Source: Opitutales bacterium
GTDB lineage: Bacteria > Verrucomicrobiota > Verrucomicrobiia > Opitutales > UBA2987
Assembly (NCBI GenBank): GCA_965226885.1
Contig: CBDDEL010000016.1
Location: 192,001 to 256,000, forward strand
Direction: 5' to 3'
DNA: 64,000 bases
In this document: positions 22,024-31,229 of the stretch, in pieces
Layout: each line of letters starts with the position of its first letter
Numbering within the stretch: position 1 is the first letter of the stretch
Notes under the pieces: generated by a model
What the model saw: the letters and a program-made list of their open reading frames with translations, nothing else
Told to the model about the DNA's origin: nothing
Database searches by the model: none
Position numbers and translations under genes: made by a program

Positions 22024-23086
22024 ACGAGCCAACAAAATTACGCCTTTTACCATGCTTCCTTTAAAAACAATCCTGCGAAATCATGCTCGCGACCTGGCCC
22101 CGCTGGCCACTCTGCTGGCTTTGATTCTTTTTTTCTCCGTTTTTGCGAGTGGATTTTTCGACCTCTATACCTTTAGCTCGGTGCTCAAGCAGGCCTCCAC
22201 ACGCGCCCTCGTGGCCACCGGGCTGACCTTTGTCCTGCTCTGCGCCGAAATCGATCTATCCGTCGCCCTGGTGGCCACCCTGGCGGCATGCCAAATGGGG
22301 GTTCTCTATAAATGGATGCTCGATACGGGCCCTGCCCTGCTCTCCTCCACCGCGCCCGATGGCAACATTACGGTCAGCCTGGCGGGTGTGCTTCTGGCAT
22401 TGGCGCTGCCGGTACTCACGGGGCTGTTCGTCGGTTTGCTCAATGGCCTGCTCACCGTATGGTCGCGGCTGCCCAGTTTTATCATCACCCTGGCCATGAT
22501 GGAGATCGCCCGTGGGCTGGCCAGCTACCTGACGAAGGGCGCTCAATACCCCGATATGCCAGGCGTTCTGCCCAAAACGGCCAATGAAGGCATCCTTCTG
22601 GGTTCCAGTTTTGAACTGCCCTATTCCGTTTTCGTTTGCGGCGGCATATTACTGGCTGCCCATATCGTGCTCACCTACACGCGCTTCGGACGCTATGTTT
22701 ACATGACCGGCGGGAACCGCGAAGCCGCACGCCTGGCCGGGGTGCGCACGGGGCTCGTGGCGGTTGTCTGTCTGGCCATTTGCGGTATGACGGCCGGGCT
22801 CGGCGGCCTTATGAACGCCGGCTGGCTCAATAGCGCAGGCGTCAACCAGAACCAGCACCTGCTTCTCGAAGCCATCGCCTGCGTGGTGCTCGGGGGAACC
22901 AGTCTTTTTGGGGGTGAGGGCGGCATAAAAAACACCTTGATCGGGGTGCTCGCCTTCACCGTGCTCGATGTCGGGCTGGGCTACGTCACCTGGGTGGATG
23001 AGTTCCTGCGCCGCTCCGTCATGGGACTGGTCCTGCTTTCGGCCCTCCTGCTCAACGGCCAACTGGCTAAAATCCGCAAGGACTGA
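22016..23086 (+). CDS. Sugar ABC transporter permease (RbsC-like)
   Basis: IDLSV, PSFIITL, TRFGR..Y..GGN..AARLAG, VLGGTSL.GG.G. Confidence 0.93.
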   Translation: MPERANKITPFTMLPLKTILRNHARDLAPLATLLALILFFSVFASGFFDLYTFSSVLKQASTRALVATGLTFVLLCAEIDLSVALVATLAACQMGVLYKWMLDTGPALLSSTAPDGNITVSLAGVLLALALPVLTGLFVGLLNGLLTVWSRLPSFIITLAMMEIARGLASYLTKGAQYPDMPGVLPKTANEGILLGSSFELPYSVFVCGGILLAAHIVLTYTRFGRYVYMTGGNREAARLAGVRTGLVAVVCLAICGMTAGLGGLMNAGWLNSAGVNQNQHLLLEAIACVVLGGTSLFGGEGGIKNTLIGVLAFTVLDVGLGYVTWVDEFLRRSVMGLVLLSALLLNGQLAKIRKD

Positions 23087-23390
23087 TGTCCACTCGCGGG
23101 CACATCAATATAAACAATGCCAAAGAAAACAAAAGAGCAAAAGGGAAAAGAAATGATTAGGAACCGCTTTGTCCAAGGCGTGGAGGGAGTGACAGACCTT
23201 AAACTCATACCCACGCCTCAGCAAGCGAAGGAACCCCTTGCCAGGAATACACGGACGAGACGAAAAATACGGAAATAATAAAAAAAGAACCCACACCCAC
23301 TGTAACTGAAAGCAAACTTCAAGAAACCCGACCCACACCTCCATTAATTGAATGCATAACTCCAAAAACCCCGATTTCGCGCCTTTCAAT

Positions 23391-23420
23391 AGAGCTGGTC
23401 CTACCGGTAGGACCAGCTCT
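23391..23420. repeat. Perfect 30-bp palindrome AGAGCTGGTCCTACCGGTAGGACCAGCTCT
   Basis: Two 15-bp arms are exact reverse complements with no spacer. Confidence 0.9.
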
Positions 23421-23519
23421 GTATTAAACATAGGATTGAGATGAGGCCACGCCAATCATTTAACTGAATTCATGCTCATCATTGACGTGGGGAAGTGATT
23501 TCAACAATAGTATTGTGCT

Positions 23520-24686
23520 ATGACCTTCCGTTCTTCTTTTCTTCTTTTTCTGTGTCTAGCTTTTTCCTTGATTGTCCTTGAGGCTCAACCGCGGGCCCGG
23601 GATCTGGGAATTCCCTTCGATGGACAGCCCGGCCCTCTCAACGCCATAACGGACGTTGCCGGAGTGACCGTTGGGCATACTACCTTGATTGAGGGCGAAG
23701 GGTCATTGAAAGTGGGTCAAGGCCCGGTGCGGACCGGTGTTACGGCCATCCTGCCTTTGGGCAATGAGACATTGCAAACCCCCGTTTTTTCCGGAATTTT
23801 CGTGCTCAACGGCAATGGCGAAATGACCGGAGCGGCCTGGGTCGAGGAATCCGGTTTCCTTGAAGGACCGGTTATGATTACCAACACTCACAGCGTCGGC
23901 GCGGTTCACGAGGCCACCATCGCCTGGAGAATCAGCCGGGACGGCCCCGACTCGACCGGCTACTGGTGGTCCCTTCCCGTGGTGGCAGAGACCTGGGACG
24001 GCTACCTCAACGACATCAACGGCTTCCACGTCAAAAAGGAGCATGTCTTCGCGGCCCTCGAAAATGCCCGCTCCGGCCCCGTGCCCGAGGGCAATGTGGG
24101 AGGCGGAACCGGCATGGTTTGTTATGAATTCAAGGGCGGCATCGGCACGGCTTCACGAAAGCTCGAACAAAACCGAGGCGGTTACACCATCGGGGTGCTC
24201 ATTCAGGCCAATTTCGGCCGCCGTGAGGAATTGCTGGTGGCCGGAGTGCCGGTGGGCCGTGAAATCATGGAAAATCTGACCAAATCCCGGCCCAACCCCC
24301 CGGACGAAGGCTCTGCCATCATTGTAATCGCCACCGACGCCCCCTTGCTGCCCCATCAACTAAAAAGACTGGCCCGGCGGGCCACCCACGGCCTCGCACG
24401 AACAGGAACCATCACCGCCAACGGCTCCGGCGACATCTTCATCGCCTTTTCCACCGCCACCCCCGAATTTGGCTCCAATGATAAAGTCAGCCAAGCAAAA
24501 CTACTCTCCAACGACCGCCTCGATCCCCTCTTCGCAGCCATCGTCCAGGCCACCGAAGAAGCCGTTGTCAACGCCCTCATCGCAGCCAAACCCATGTCCG
24601 GCCGCGACCACCACAAAGCCATCGCCCTCCCCCACGACCGCCTTCAACAGATCCTTCAAAAACATAATCGTTTGCAGTCAAAATAG
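23520..24686 (+). CDS. DmpA/peptidase S58 (P1) family aminopeptidase, secreted
   Basis: NAITDV.GV.VGH, LPVVAETWDG, EGNVGGGTGM, G|SAIIVIATDAP autocleavage site, NGSGD. Confidence 0.92.
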   Translation: MTFRSSFLLFLCLAFSLIVLEAQPRARDLGIPFDGQPGPLNAITDVAGVTVGHTTLIEGEGSLKVGQGPVRTGVTAILPLGNETLQTPVFSGIFVLNGNGEMTGAAWVEESGFLEGPVMITNTHSVGAVHEATIAWRISRDGPDSTGYWWSLPVVAETWDGYLNDINGFHVKKEHVFAALENARSGPVPEGNVGGGTGMVCYEFKGGIGTASRKLEQNRGGYTIGVLIQANFGRREELLVAGVPVGREIMENLTKSRPNPPDEGSAIIVIATDAPLLPHQLKRLARRATHGLARTGTITANGSGDIFIAFSTATPEFGSNDKVSQAKLLSNDRLDPLFAAIVQATEEAVVNALIAAKPMSGRDHHKAIALPHDRLQQILQKHNRLQSK

Positions 24687-24710
24687 AAGGCGCTTCGACC
24701 CCGGGCATGC

Positions 24711-26132
24711 TCAGCGGTGGAAGCGGAGCTTGCGGAGGCCGAACCAGGTCATTTTGAGGAGGATAAGGCCGTGGCGGAAACGGGAGATGTTGGTTTCGCC
24801 GTAGGTGCGGTCGCGGTAGCGCACCGGGATGTCGCGGATTTTCAGGTCGAGCAGGGCGGAGCCGAAGAGCAGGTTGAAATCCCCGAAGGGATCGAAGTCG
24901 CCAAACTCCTCGATGCGTTTTAATAGCCGCGTATAATCGGTGCGCAGGAGCATTTTGGTGCCGCAGAGGCTGTCTTTGATGGGTTGGCGCAATACGGCGG
25001 AGAGGGCGATGGCGAAGAATTTGTTGCCCAGAAAATTGAGGAAGCGCATGGCCTGTTTTTCCATGGGGTAAACGAGGCGGCTGCCGTTGGCAAATTCCGT
25101 GCTGCCGTTAGCGACGGCATCGAAAAACTTGGGCAAGTCCTCCGGCGGGGCGGTCAGGTCTCCGTCCTGAATGACGAGCACGTCGCCCCGCGCGATGTGG
25201 AAACCGGTGAAAACGGCGTTCCATTTGCCTTTGCCGGGCTGCTGGCAGCAGGAGACTTTGTGTGGGCCGTTGTAATTTGCGATTTCCCGCTGGATGACCT
25301 CCCAGGTGTCATCCGTGCTGTTGCCTTCCACAAAAATGATTTCCGTGCCCCTGCCCAGCGTTGGAATGCGTTCCAGAGCGGCCCGTATGTTGCCCGATTC
25401 ATTGCGGGCGGGAACGACCACAGAGCAGGAAATTTCCGAATTCAAATCGGGTTTTAATTTCGGGCGGGCCACAATGAAGAGGGTGGCTCCGAAATGCCGG
25501 AAAAACGGCAGACGCACCAGAAAGCGGTTAAAAAAACCACCGATTAGAGGGATGTGAAAGGGCAGCATCTGTTCCGTGCTGGTCGTGACCACTTCCCAAC
25601 CGGACAATTCGAGAAGGTTGAGCAGATCACCCTGGGAGAGCCAGTTGCTGGGGGGTTGGCGGACGACGGCTCCGATTCCCTGCCCCATAACGAGCAGCGG
25701 ATGCCAGATCGTATTCAAGGAAGAAATGTAGAGACGGGTGCGCGCTGTGGCTGAATTTTGCAGGTTTTCCAGGCATTTTTGAATATCGGTCAGGTAGCCG
25801 GTGAGGTAGCTGGCCACGATGCAGTCGAAGGATTCCTCGACGATTGTTTCATGCAGATCGCCCCGGCGAAACTCACAGCCGCTGGATTCCGCATCGGCAT
25901 CGGCCTGGGCCTTGGCGATCATTTTATCGCTGATGTCGATGCCCAGCCCTCGCGCCGGTTTAAGCGCTTTGAAGAGATCACCAGCACCGCAGCCCCATTC
26001 CAGAATGGAGGCGCCTGCGGGGATATGATGGCGGTGCAGGTTGGCCAATTGGCGGTGGAACCCTCGTTGCCAGCGGCGCGGGCGCGAGTCGTTTTCCGCT
26101 ACCCAGTCAAAAAATTTTCGATAATCAAACAT
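24711..26132 (-). CDS. Class I SAM methyltransferase + GT2 (polyprenol-phosphate glycosyltransferase-like) fusion
   Basis: LEWGCGAG N-terminal; VVVPARNE, VEGNSTD, DGD, GSR, DSLCGTK, DPFGDF C-terminal. Confidence 0.88.
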   Translation of the reverse strand: MFDYRKFFDWVAENDSRPRRWQRGFHRQLANLHRHHIPAGASILEWGCGAGDLFKALKPARGLGIDISDKMIAKAQADADAESSGCEFRRGDLHETIVEESFDCIVASYLTGYLTDIQKCLENLQNSATARTRLYISSLNTIWHPLLVMGQGIGAVVRQPPSNWLSQGDLLNLLELSGWEVVTTSTEQMLPFHIPLIGGFFNRFLVRLPFFRHFGATLFIVARPKLKPDLNSEISCSVVVPARNESGNIRAALERIPTLGRGTEIIFVEGNSTDDTWEVIQREIANYNGPHKVSCCQQPGKGKWNAVFTGFHIARGDVLVIQDGDLTAPPEDLPKFFDAVANGSTEFANGSRLVYPMEKQAMRFLNFLGNKFFAIALSAVLRQPIKDSLCGTKMLLRTDYTRLLKRIEEFGDFDPFGDFNLLFGSALLDLKIRDIPVRYRDRTYGETNISRFRHGLILLKMTWFGLRKLRFHR

Positions 26133-26162
26133 GAACTTTCTGCTTCGACGCTCAGGTGCCGC

Positions 26163-26942
26163 CTACGTATTTTCCTTTTGCAGAACGATCATCACACGCA
26201 GAGCGAAAAATTTCAAAAACAATTGCGGGAGAAGGCGTTCCAATTTAAGCAGGATTTTCAGCAATCCAGTGGGAGCCATTTGGGGGTTGCTCAAACCTCC
26301 GGTCAACGGGTAGGCGAAAAAATCCCGGTAATGGACGGAAACCACCGCCAGGCCCATTTCCGCCAGAGTGTCTTCCGTCCACTGGCGGTGATTGCGAAAT
26401 AGGGCCGTGGCCATGCCCATGTTGGCAAACTCCACATTTTCGTTCAACTTTTCCTCTATAATGAAGGGCGGGTTCAGCTTCGACGGGCGGATCGGTTCAT
26501 GGTGAAATAGGCGGTAAAAAAGCGCTCCAAAAGCAGTGGCGGCAGGCTCGCAGAGTAAAATCCGCCCTCCCGGATTGAGGACTCTTGCCGCACTGCGGTA
26601 AAAATCAAAGGGCCGGCGCAGGTGATGCAGGACATCCATAGCCAACAAGTTCTCCCATGTCCGGCCCACAGCCTCCAGGTTGTAGCAGGAAACCTGCAAA
26701 TCGACATAAGGCGTTTTTTCGATGTCGCTGGTGGTGACAGACGGGTAAAAGCTTTTTATCGTCCCAATGCCGGAACCGAGGTCGAGGGTCGGACCGCTAC
26801 CGGCATTTTGCATCAGCGCATCGAATATACCTCGATAATAAAGCCGGATGGCGGGTGACCGGTCCCATTTGTCCCGGCTCTGCTGCAATAGGCTCAAGTC
26901 GTAGGTGAATTCTCTCACGTCCTGTAGGCTGCTTTTAATCAA
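26163..26942 (-). CDS. Class I SAM-dependent methyltransferase
   Basis: LDLGSGIG, DVLHHL, LNPGGRI motifs; overlaps upstream gene by 4 bp. Confidence 0.88.
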   Translation of the reverse strand: MIKSSLQDVREFTYDLSLLQQSRDKWDRSPAIRLYYRGIFDALMQNAGSGPTLDLGSGIGTIKSFYPSVTTSDIEKTPYVDLQVSCYNLEAVGRTWENLLAMDVLHHLRRPFDFYRSAARVLNPGGRILLCEPAATAFGALFYRLFHHEPIRPSKLNPPFIIEEKLNENVEFANMGMATALFRNHRQWTEDTLAEMGLAVVSVHYRDFFAYPLTGGLSNPQMAPTGLLKILLKLERLLPQLFLKFFALRVMIVLQKENT

Positions 26943-28918
26943 AGGGCGTCGGCCGCTACTGGTTGCGTATCATCCGTTGGCTCCGGGGCACCTTCATTTT
27001 CCATGGCCGAATCTTTTTCAACGGATTCAGCCTCCTCATCAAAATATTCCTCTTTCGGATAAAATCTGACAATCCTGCCCATTTGCAGCGGTATCAAGCG
27101 TTTTTCTTTTACCGTTTCGATTTCAAATGCGGGGCCCAGATCGTAGTTTTCGACCACATCCAATTCTCCGGTTTCGCCGTTTACATCGACCAATTGAAAA
27201 GCATAAAAGGCACTGTAGTTGCGGTGCAAAAAATGTCTCCGGATGTTATCGGGTTGGTCGGCCACGAGATGGATGCTGGCTGAGGATATGCCGTGAGTAA
27301 TTGCCATAAGCGGGCTGCGGGAGGTAAAAAAATAATCCTTTTCCGGATTTTGCTGAAAAAATTCTAATATCATTTCAGCCTCTTTGGCCGGTGTATAGCG
27401 TCCCGCATAGCGGTGATTGGAGGCCACCGGCACGGTTACAAAGATGATGAAAAGTAAGGATAGGCCGATGAGGTAATTGAGTGGATCCCGTTTCCTCTGG
27501 AGGACGTATATCGTGCCCGCCAAAGCTAGCAGGAACAATACGATAATGCCTATGCCGGACCGAATAAATGAGAGGTAATCCCGGTCCATGATGTGAAACC
27601 AGGCAGTGTAAAAGAATAAACCGCAAGTCGTCAGAAGGAGCGGTGCCGGCCATTTTTGCAGCACTACCGGCACTGCCAGAGCGGCCACGAGGAGCAAAGG
27701 AAGACAAAATCGGCTGGCCACAGGATCAGTCAGGTGGCCCCAGTGATAGCCCATGGCAAGGGCAAATGAAGCAAGCACGGCGAGTAGAAAGAAGGACAAA
27801 ACGAAACGGGGCTGTTCCTGCCGGGTGAATCCATCAAGCCGCAACACTACATAAACCAAAAAATAAGCCACCGCAACCAGACCGAGCAAAGAAAGAAGAA
27901 GGGAGTTGGAGTTGGTTTGACCGTAATGAAATAGATATTTTCCGGCATCTTGCAGGTTATCCCCGAAAAATCTGAAACTGAAGACCTGATCTTTGCCCGT
28001 GTCTTTCAGTTGCCAAAAACGGTCTTTGGACATGGAAATGAAAAACTGCATGGGTATACAGACCAGCAGCAGCGGGGCTAAAATTACCTGCCAGGGCAAT
28101 TGAACTTCTCCCTTTCTATGCCAGCCGAGAAGGACTATTAGGCCGATTGGAATGACGAAAATGACGCCTTCATAACGCGTCTGGGTAAGTAGCAGTCCGG
28201 CGTAGCAAAAAGCCGTCAAGGACGGGCCGTCCAGCTTTTGCAAATAGCGGCAGCCCAGGAGCATGGCGGCCAGTATCATAACCAAGTTGAGGATTTCGAA
28301 ATGCCCGCCGACGGCATTTTGCGCGAGCAAAGGCAGGCTAGTCAGTAGCAGGACGCTGAGTATCCCGCCGCGCTGACTGGTGAGCTTATGGCCGAATCTG
28401 TAAGCCAGCGCCAGCATGACCGGAGTGAGGATGATGTTCAGGATAAAGGTGTTAATTGGCCGGTAACCGGTCAAGTCATGCAGCAGCGATATGAGGAAAG
28501 GGTGGAAATAGGGTCTTTTATCCAGGTAGGCCTCGATGATGCGAAAACTGCCCTCGTAGTCATTGGCCATACTGGGGACCAAGACGGCTTTCTCGAAATG
28601 CATGGACATGGAGGTTCCCAGCAAAACAACCTCATCCATAAGTATTTTAAAACCAAAAGGTTCCTGCAGTAAAAGAAAACCCGTGCAGCCCCCAACAGTC
28701 AAAATCGGAAGAGGAGAGCTCCGCACTTGATCGAAAATTCCATTTAAGCCCCACCGGCCTCGAATCTTGAACAATGAGAAGGAGAAAATGGAAAAAGTGG
28801 CAAAAAGGATCGGATAACCAGCGTAGGAGACAAATTGGGCTGCCCAGTACAGGTCCAGGGTAAAAAAGCTGAAGCCGAGGGCCAGGATGACGGAAAGGGC
28901 AAGAATGACCAGTCTCAT
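26939..28918 (-). CDS. Polytopic membrane protein, GT-C (PMT/ArnT-like) glycosyltransferase
   Basis: Many predicted TM helices, MDE acidic motif in the first large loop, DKRP, TRYE; acidic soluble C-terminus. Confidence 0.7.
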   Translation of the reverse strand: MRLVILALSVILALGFSFFTLDLYWAAQFVSYAGYPILFATFSIFSFSLFKIRGRWGLNGIFDQVRSSPLPILTVGGCTGFLLLQEPFGFKILMDEVVLLGTSMSMHFEKAVLVPSMANDYEGSFRIIEAYLDKRPYFHPFLISLLHDLTGYRPINTFILNIILTPVMLALAYRFGHKLTSQRGGILSVLLLTSLPLLAQNAVGGHFEILNLVMILAAMLLGCRYLQKLDGPSLTAFCYAGLLLTQTRYEGVIFVIPIGLIVLLGWHRKGEVQLPWQVILAPLLLVCIPMQFFISMSKDRFWQLKDTGKDQVFSFRFFGDNLQDAGKYLFHYGQTNSNSLLLSLLGLVAVAYFLVYVVLRLDGFTRQEQPRFVLSFFLLAVLASFALAMGYHWGHLTDPVASRFCLPLLLVAALAVPVVLQKWPAPLLLTTCGLFFYTAWFHIMDRDYLSFIRSGIGIIVLFLLALAGTIYVLQRKRDPLNYLIGLSLLFIIFVTVPVASNHRYAGRYTPAKEAEMILEFFQQNPEKDYFFTSRSPLMAITHGISSASIHLVADQPDNIRRHFLHRNYSAFYAFQLVDVNGETGELDVVENYDLGPAFEIETVKEKRLIPLQMGRIVRFYPKEEYFDEEAESVEKDSAMENEGAPEPTDDTQPVAADAL

Positions 28919-28995
28919 AGAATAATCCTGAATATTAGAAACGCGGCCCACGGATATCTCCACCCGGCCCCCTGCAATGGCCATTAGTCGCGTTT

Positions 28996-29060
28996 AAAAA
29001 AAAAGCCGCCTTCCTTTTACAAAAGGGAAGGCGGCTGGGAAGGCGGCTGGGAAGGCGGCT
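28996..29060 (-). terminator. Rho-independent terminator after pilin gene; one stem arm triplicated (GGGAAGGCGGCT x3, 29025-29060)
   Basis: Stem AGCCGCCTTCC/GGAAGGCGGCT followed by a long U run on the minus strand. Confidence 0.82.
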
Positions 29061-29085
29061 TTGGTTAAGCGTTTAAAACTTGAAT

Positions 29086-29436
29086 TTAGAAGCTGTAGTT
29101 GATGATTCGGCCGTTCACGGTCGCCTGTAGGCGAGTCGTGTTGGTGCCGAGGGTCAAACCAGTGTAGGTTTCATCCGCAACGTTATCCAGTACGCTGATA
29201 TGCAAACCGGAACCAACGATATCGGAGTAATCAACCACCGACACGCCAGCGTCCAGCATATATTGCTGGGCTGCGGAAGCATATTGGCGGAGGTTGTTCG
29301 TGACCGCCTTATCCTGCGATGTGGCGCGAACCTTATTGAATGCCGGAATAGCCATGGCAGCCAGAAGACCGATGATGACCACAACGATCATAATTTCCAC
29401 CAAAGTAAAACCTTTATTGGCAGTTTTATTAATCAT
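29086..29436 (-). CDS. Type IV major pilin-like protein (116 aa)
   Basis: NKG|FTLVEIMIVVVIIGLLAAMAIP class III signal; AAGGAG RBS before ATG at 29436; own terminator. Confidence 0.93.
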   Translation of the reverse strand: MINKTANKGFTLVEIMIVVVIIGLLAAMAIPAFNKVRATSQDKAVTNNLRQYASAAQQYMLDAGVSVVDYSDIVGSGLHISVLDNVADETYTGLTLGTNTTRLQATVNGRIINYSF

Positions 29437-29706
29437 ATTATATTCTCCTTTTAGTGTTACTTTTTCTATAGATAGTACACCCAATACGTTATATTGGGAC
29501 TGTTCATTAAAGCTATAATTATCGTTTTGCCAAGCAAAAAATTGAGCGAAATCACTATTTATTGCTCTTTCCAACCCCGAAAACCGTATTTTTACGTATT
29601 TTTAGTCGAAATTTAGTCGAAATTACCCGAACCAGACCGCTGAATTCCCAAAGATTTCCGTTATTGCGTTTTATTCGGCTTGATAACTGCGGCCCGCGCA
29701 TAAACC

Positions 29707-30714
29707 TCAACTGACGGTGCCGATGGCCTTGGCGAAGATCATTTTCCCGCCTGCCGAGGGCAAGATGCTCTGCACCTCGATGCGGACGTGTTTGCCCAGC
29801 AGTTTCTGGCCTTCGTTGACTACCACCATGGAGCCGTCATTTAGAAATCCGACTGCCTGGCCGGGTTCTTTGCCGGGTTTTACCAGTTCCACTTCGAGGG
29901 TTTCGCCGATATTCAATTCGGGATTCAGGGCTCTCGCCAGAGAGTTCAGGTTGAGCCACTCCACATTGTTGAATTCCGCCAACTGAGCCAGATTGAAATC
30001 GGTTGTCATAAGCCGGGCCTTGAGCGAGGTGGCCAGGAAAATGAGCTTGGCGTCAACGCTCTGGCCCCTCGTGACATCGCTTTCGTGGATGCGCAGGTCG
30101 AGGTGGGCCATTTTGCGTAATTTATTGAGGGTTTCCAGCCCCTTGCGTCCTTTGCCCTGCCGCTGGGGGTCCGGCGAATCCGCGATGCGGTGCAGCTCGT
30201 TGAGAATGAATCGCGGGATGACGATACCGTAACCGAGAAATTTACTGCCGCAGATTCCGCTGATCCGGCCGTCGATAAGGACGCTGCTGTCCAGCACCAC
30301 CAAAGGCACGTCCACCCCGTGCGGGACAAAACGGATGTAGGGGATTACGAGGTTGAACTCGTCGCGCCCCCGCATGGCAATGACCGATCCCAAGTACATC
30401 ATGATGAGAAACATGGCCAGCCGCACCATGAAGAGGGTTTCCTCATCACCCTTCTCGAAAAGTGGCGATTCCGAGATAAAATAAGCGATCAGCCACCCCA
30501 CGAAGAGCCCGAAGGTCATGGCCGTAAGCCCCCGTAAAGAAAAACCTTTTAAAAAGATGTCCACCAGAACAACCAGCGCTCCGATGCTCAAACCGGTGAA
30601 CAAAATCAGGTAAAGGGAATCTTCCCAATCTTTGTTGGAATACCAGACCAACCAACTACCTAGAAAGCAGATCGATAAAAAGAATACGCGAATGATGAGG
30701 AGTGTTTTGTTCAT
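29707..30714 (-). CDS. Membrane-anchored PIN + TRAM domain protein (YacL-like)
   Basis: N-terminal TM helices, LDSSVLIDGR, KGRKGL, TTDFNL, GKEPGQAVGFL.DGSMVVV. Confidence 0.92.
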   Translation of the reverse strand: MNKTLLIIRVFFLSICFLGSWLVWYSNKDWEDSLYLILFTGLSIGALVVLVDIFLKGFSLRGLTAMTFGLFVGWLIAYFISESPLFEKGDEETLFMVRLAMFLIMMYLGSVIAMRGRDEFNLVIPYIRFVPHGVDVPLVVLDSSVLIDGRISGICGSKFLGYGIVIPRFILNELHRIADSPDPQRQGKGRKGLETLNKLRKMAHLDLRIHESDVTRGQSVDAKLIFLATSLKARLMTTDFNLAQLAEFNNVEWLNLNSLARALNPELNIGETLEVELVKPGKEPGQAVGFLNDGSMVVVNEGQKLLGKHVRIEVQSILPSAGGKMIFAKAIGTVS

Positions 30715-31229
30715 TACTCTAATAGGAGGAGACTTTTTCTCATCGCGATGAGTTCCAATTAATAAAGTTCAGACCGCGGCCTGTTTAATAATTGGGAGAG
30801 CATTATTGAATAAATATAATATTTTTTTACTGAACCGGTATAATATAAACGAGGTTGAAAATGGCAGAATGCCCACTCCGTCCTCCAGGATTTTCAACCA
30901 GCCAGCCAGAAAAGAGCCAAGGGCAATAAAATAAAAAAAGCCATCACCGCATAGAGTATATTCAGGTGCCGGTTGGCTCGCTTGCAGACGGCTCTCTCAG
31001 GCTCATCGTTCATGGTTGCAATAGAATGGAATGGGGAAAATTTTCAACGGTTAATGGCACATCAGGGCCGGTTTATGGATTTGGGACAAAGTGACATTAA
31101 AAATCATATTGCCGGGCTTGTAAAGCTTTTGCGCAGCCTATAGGCCCGCCGCCAGTAGTGATAATTTAGGCCATTCCGGTTGGTAAATTCTCGACATGGG
31201 GGACGCTCGCGGGTTCTACTGGAGAGATC

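Noticed and set aside
23289..23373. Possible CRISPR array
   Set aside because: Only two degenerate abutting units, no spacers, no cas genes; no CRISPR seen anywhere in the window
29515..29540. Sigma-54 promoter for the pilin gene
   Set aside because: TGGCA is present but there is no TTGC at the required spacing
30941..31015. TPP, glycine or SAM-II riboswitch assignment
   Set aside because: Only isolated words (CTGAGA, ACCTGA, CTCTCAGG) match; the other conserved elements are missing
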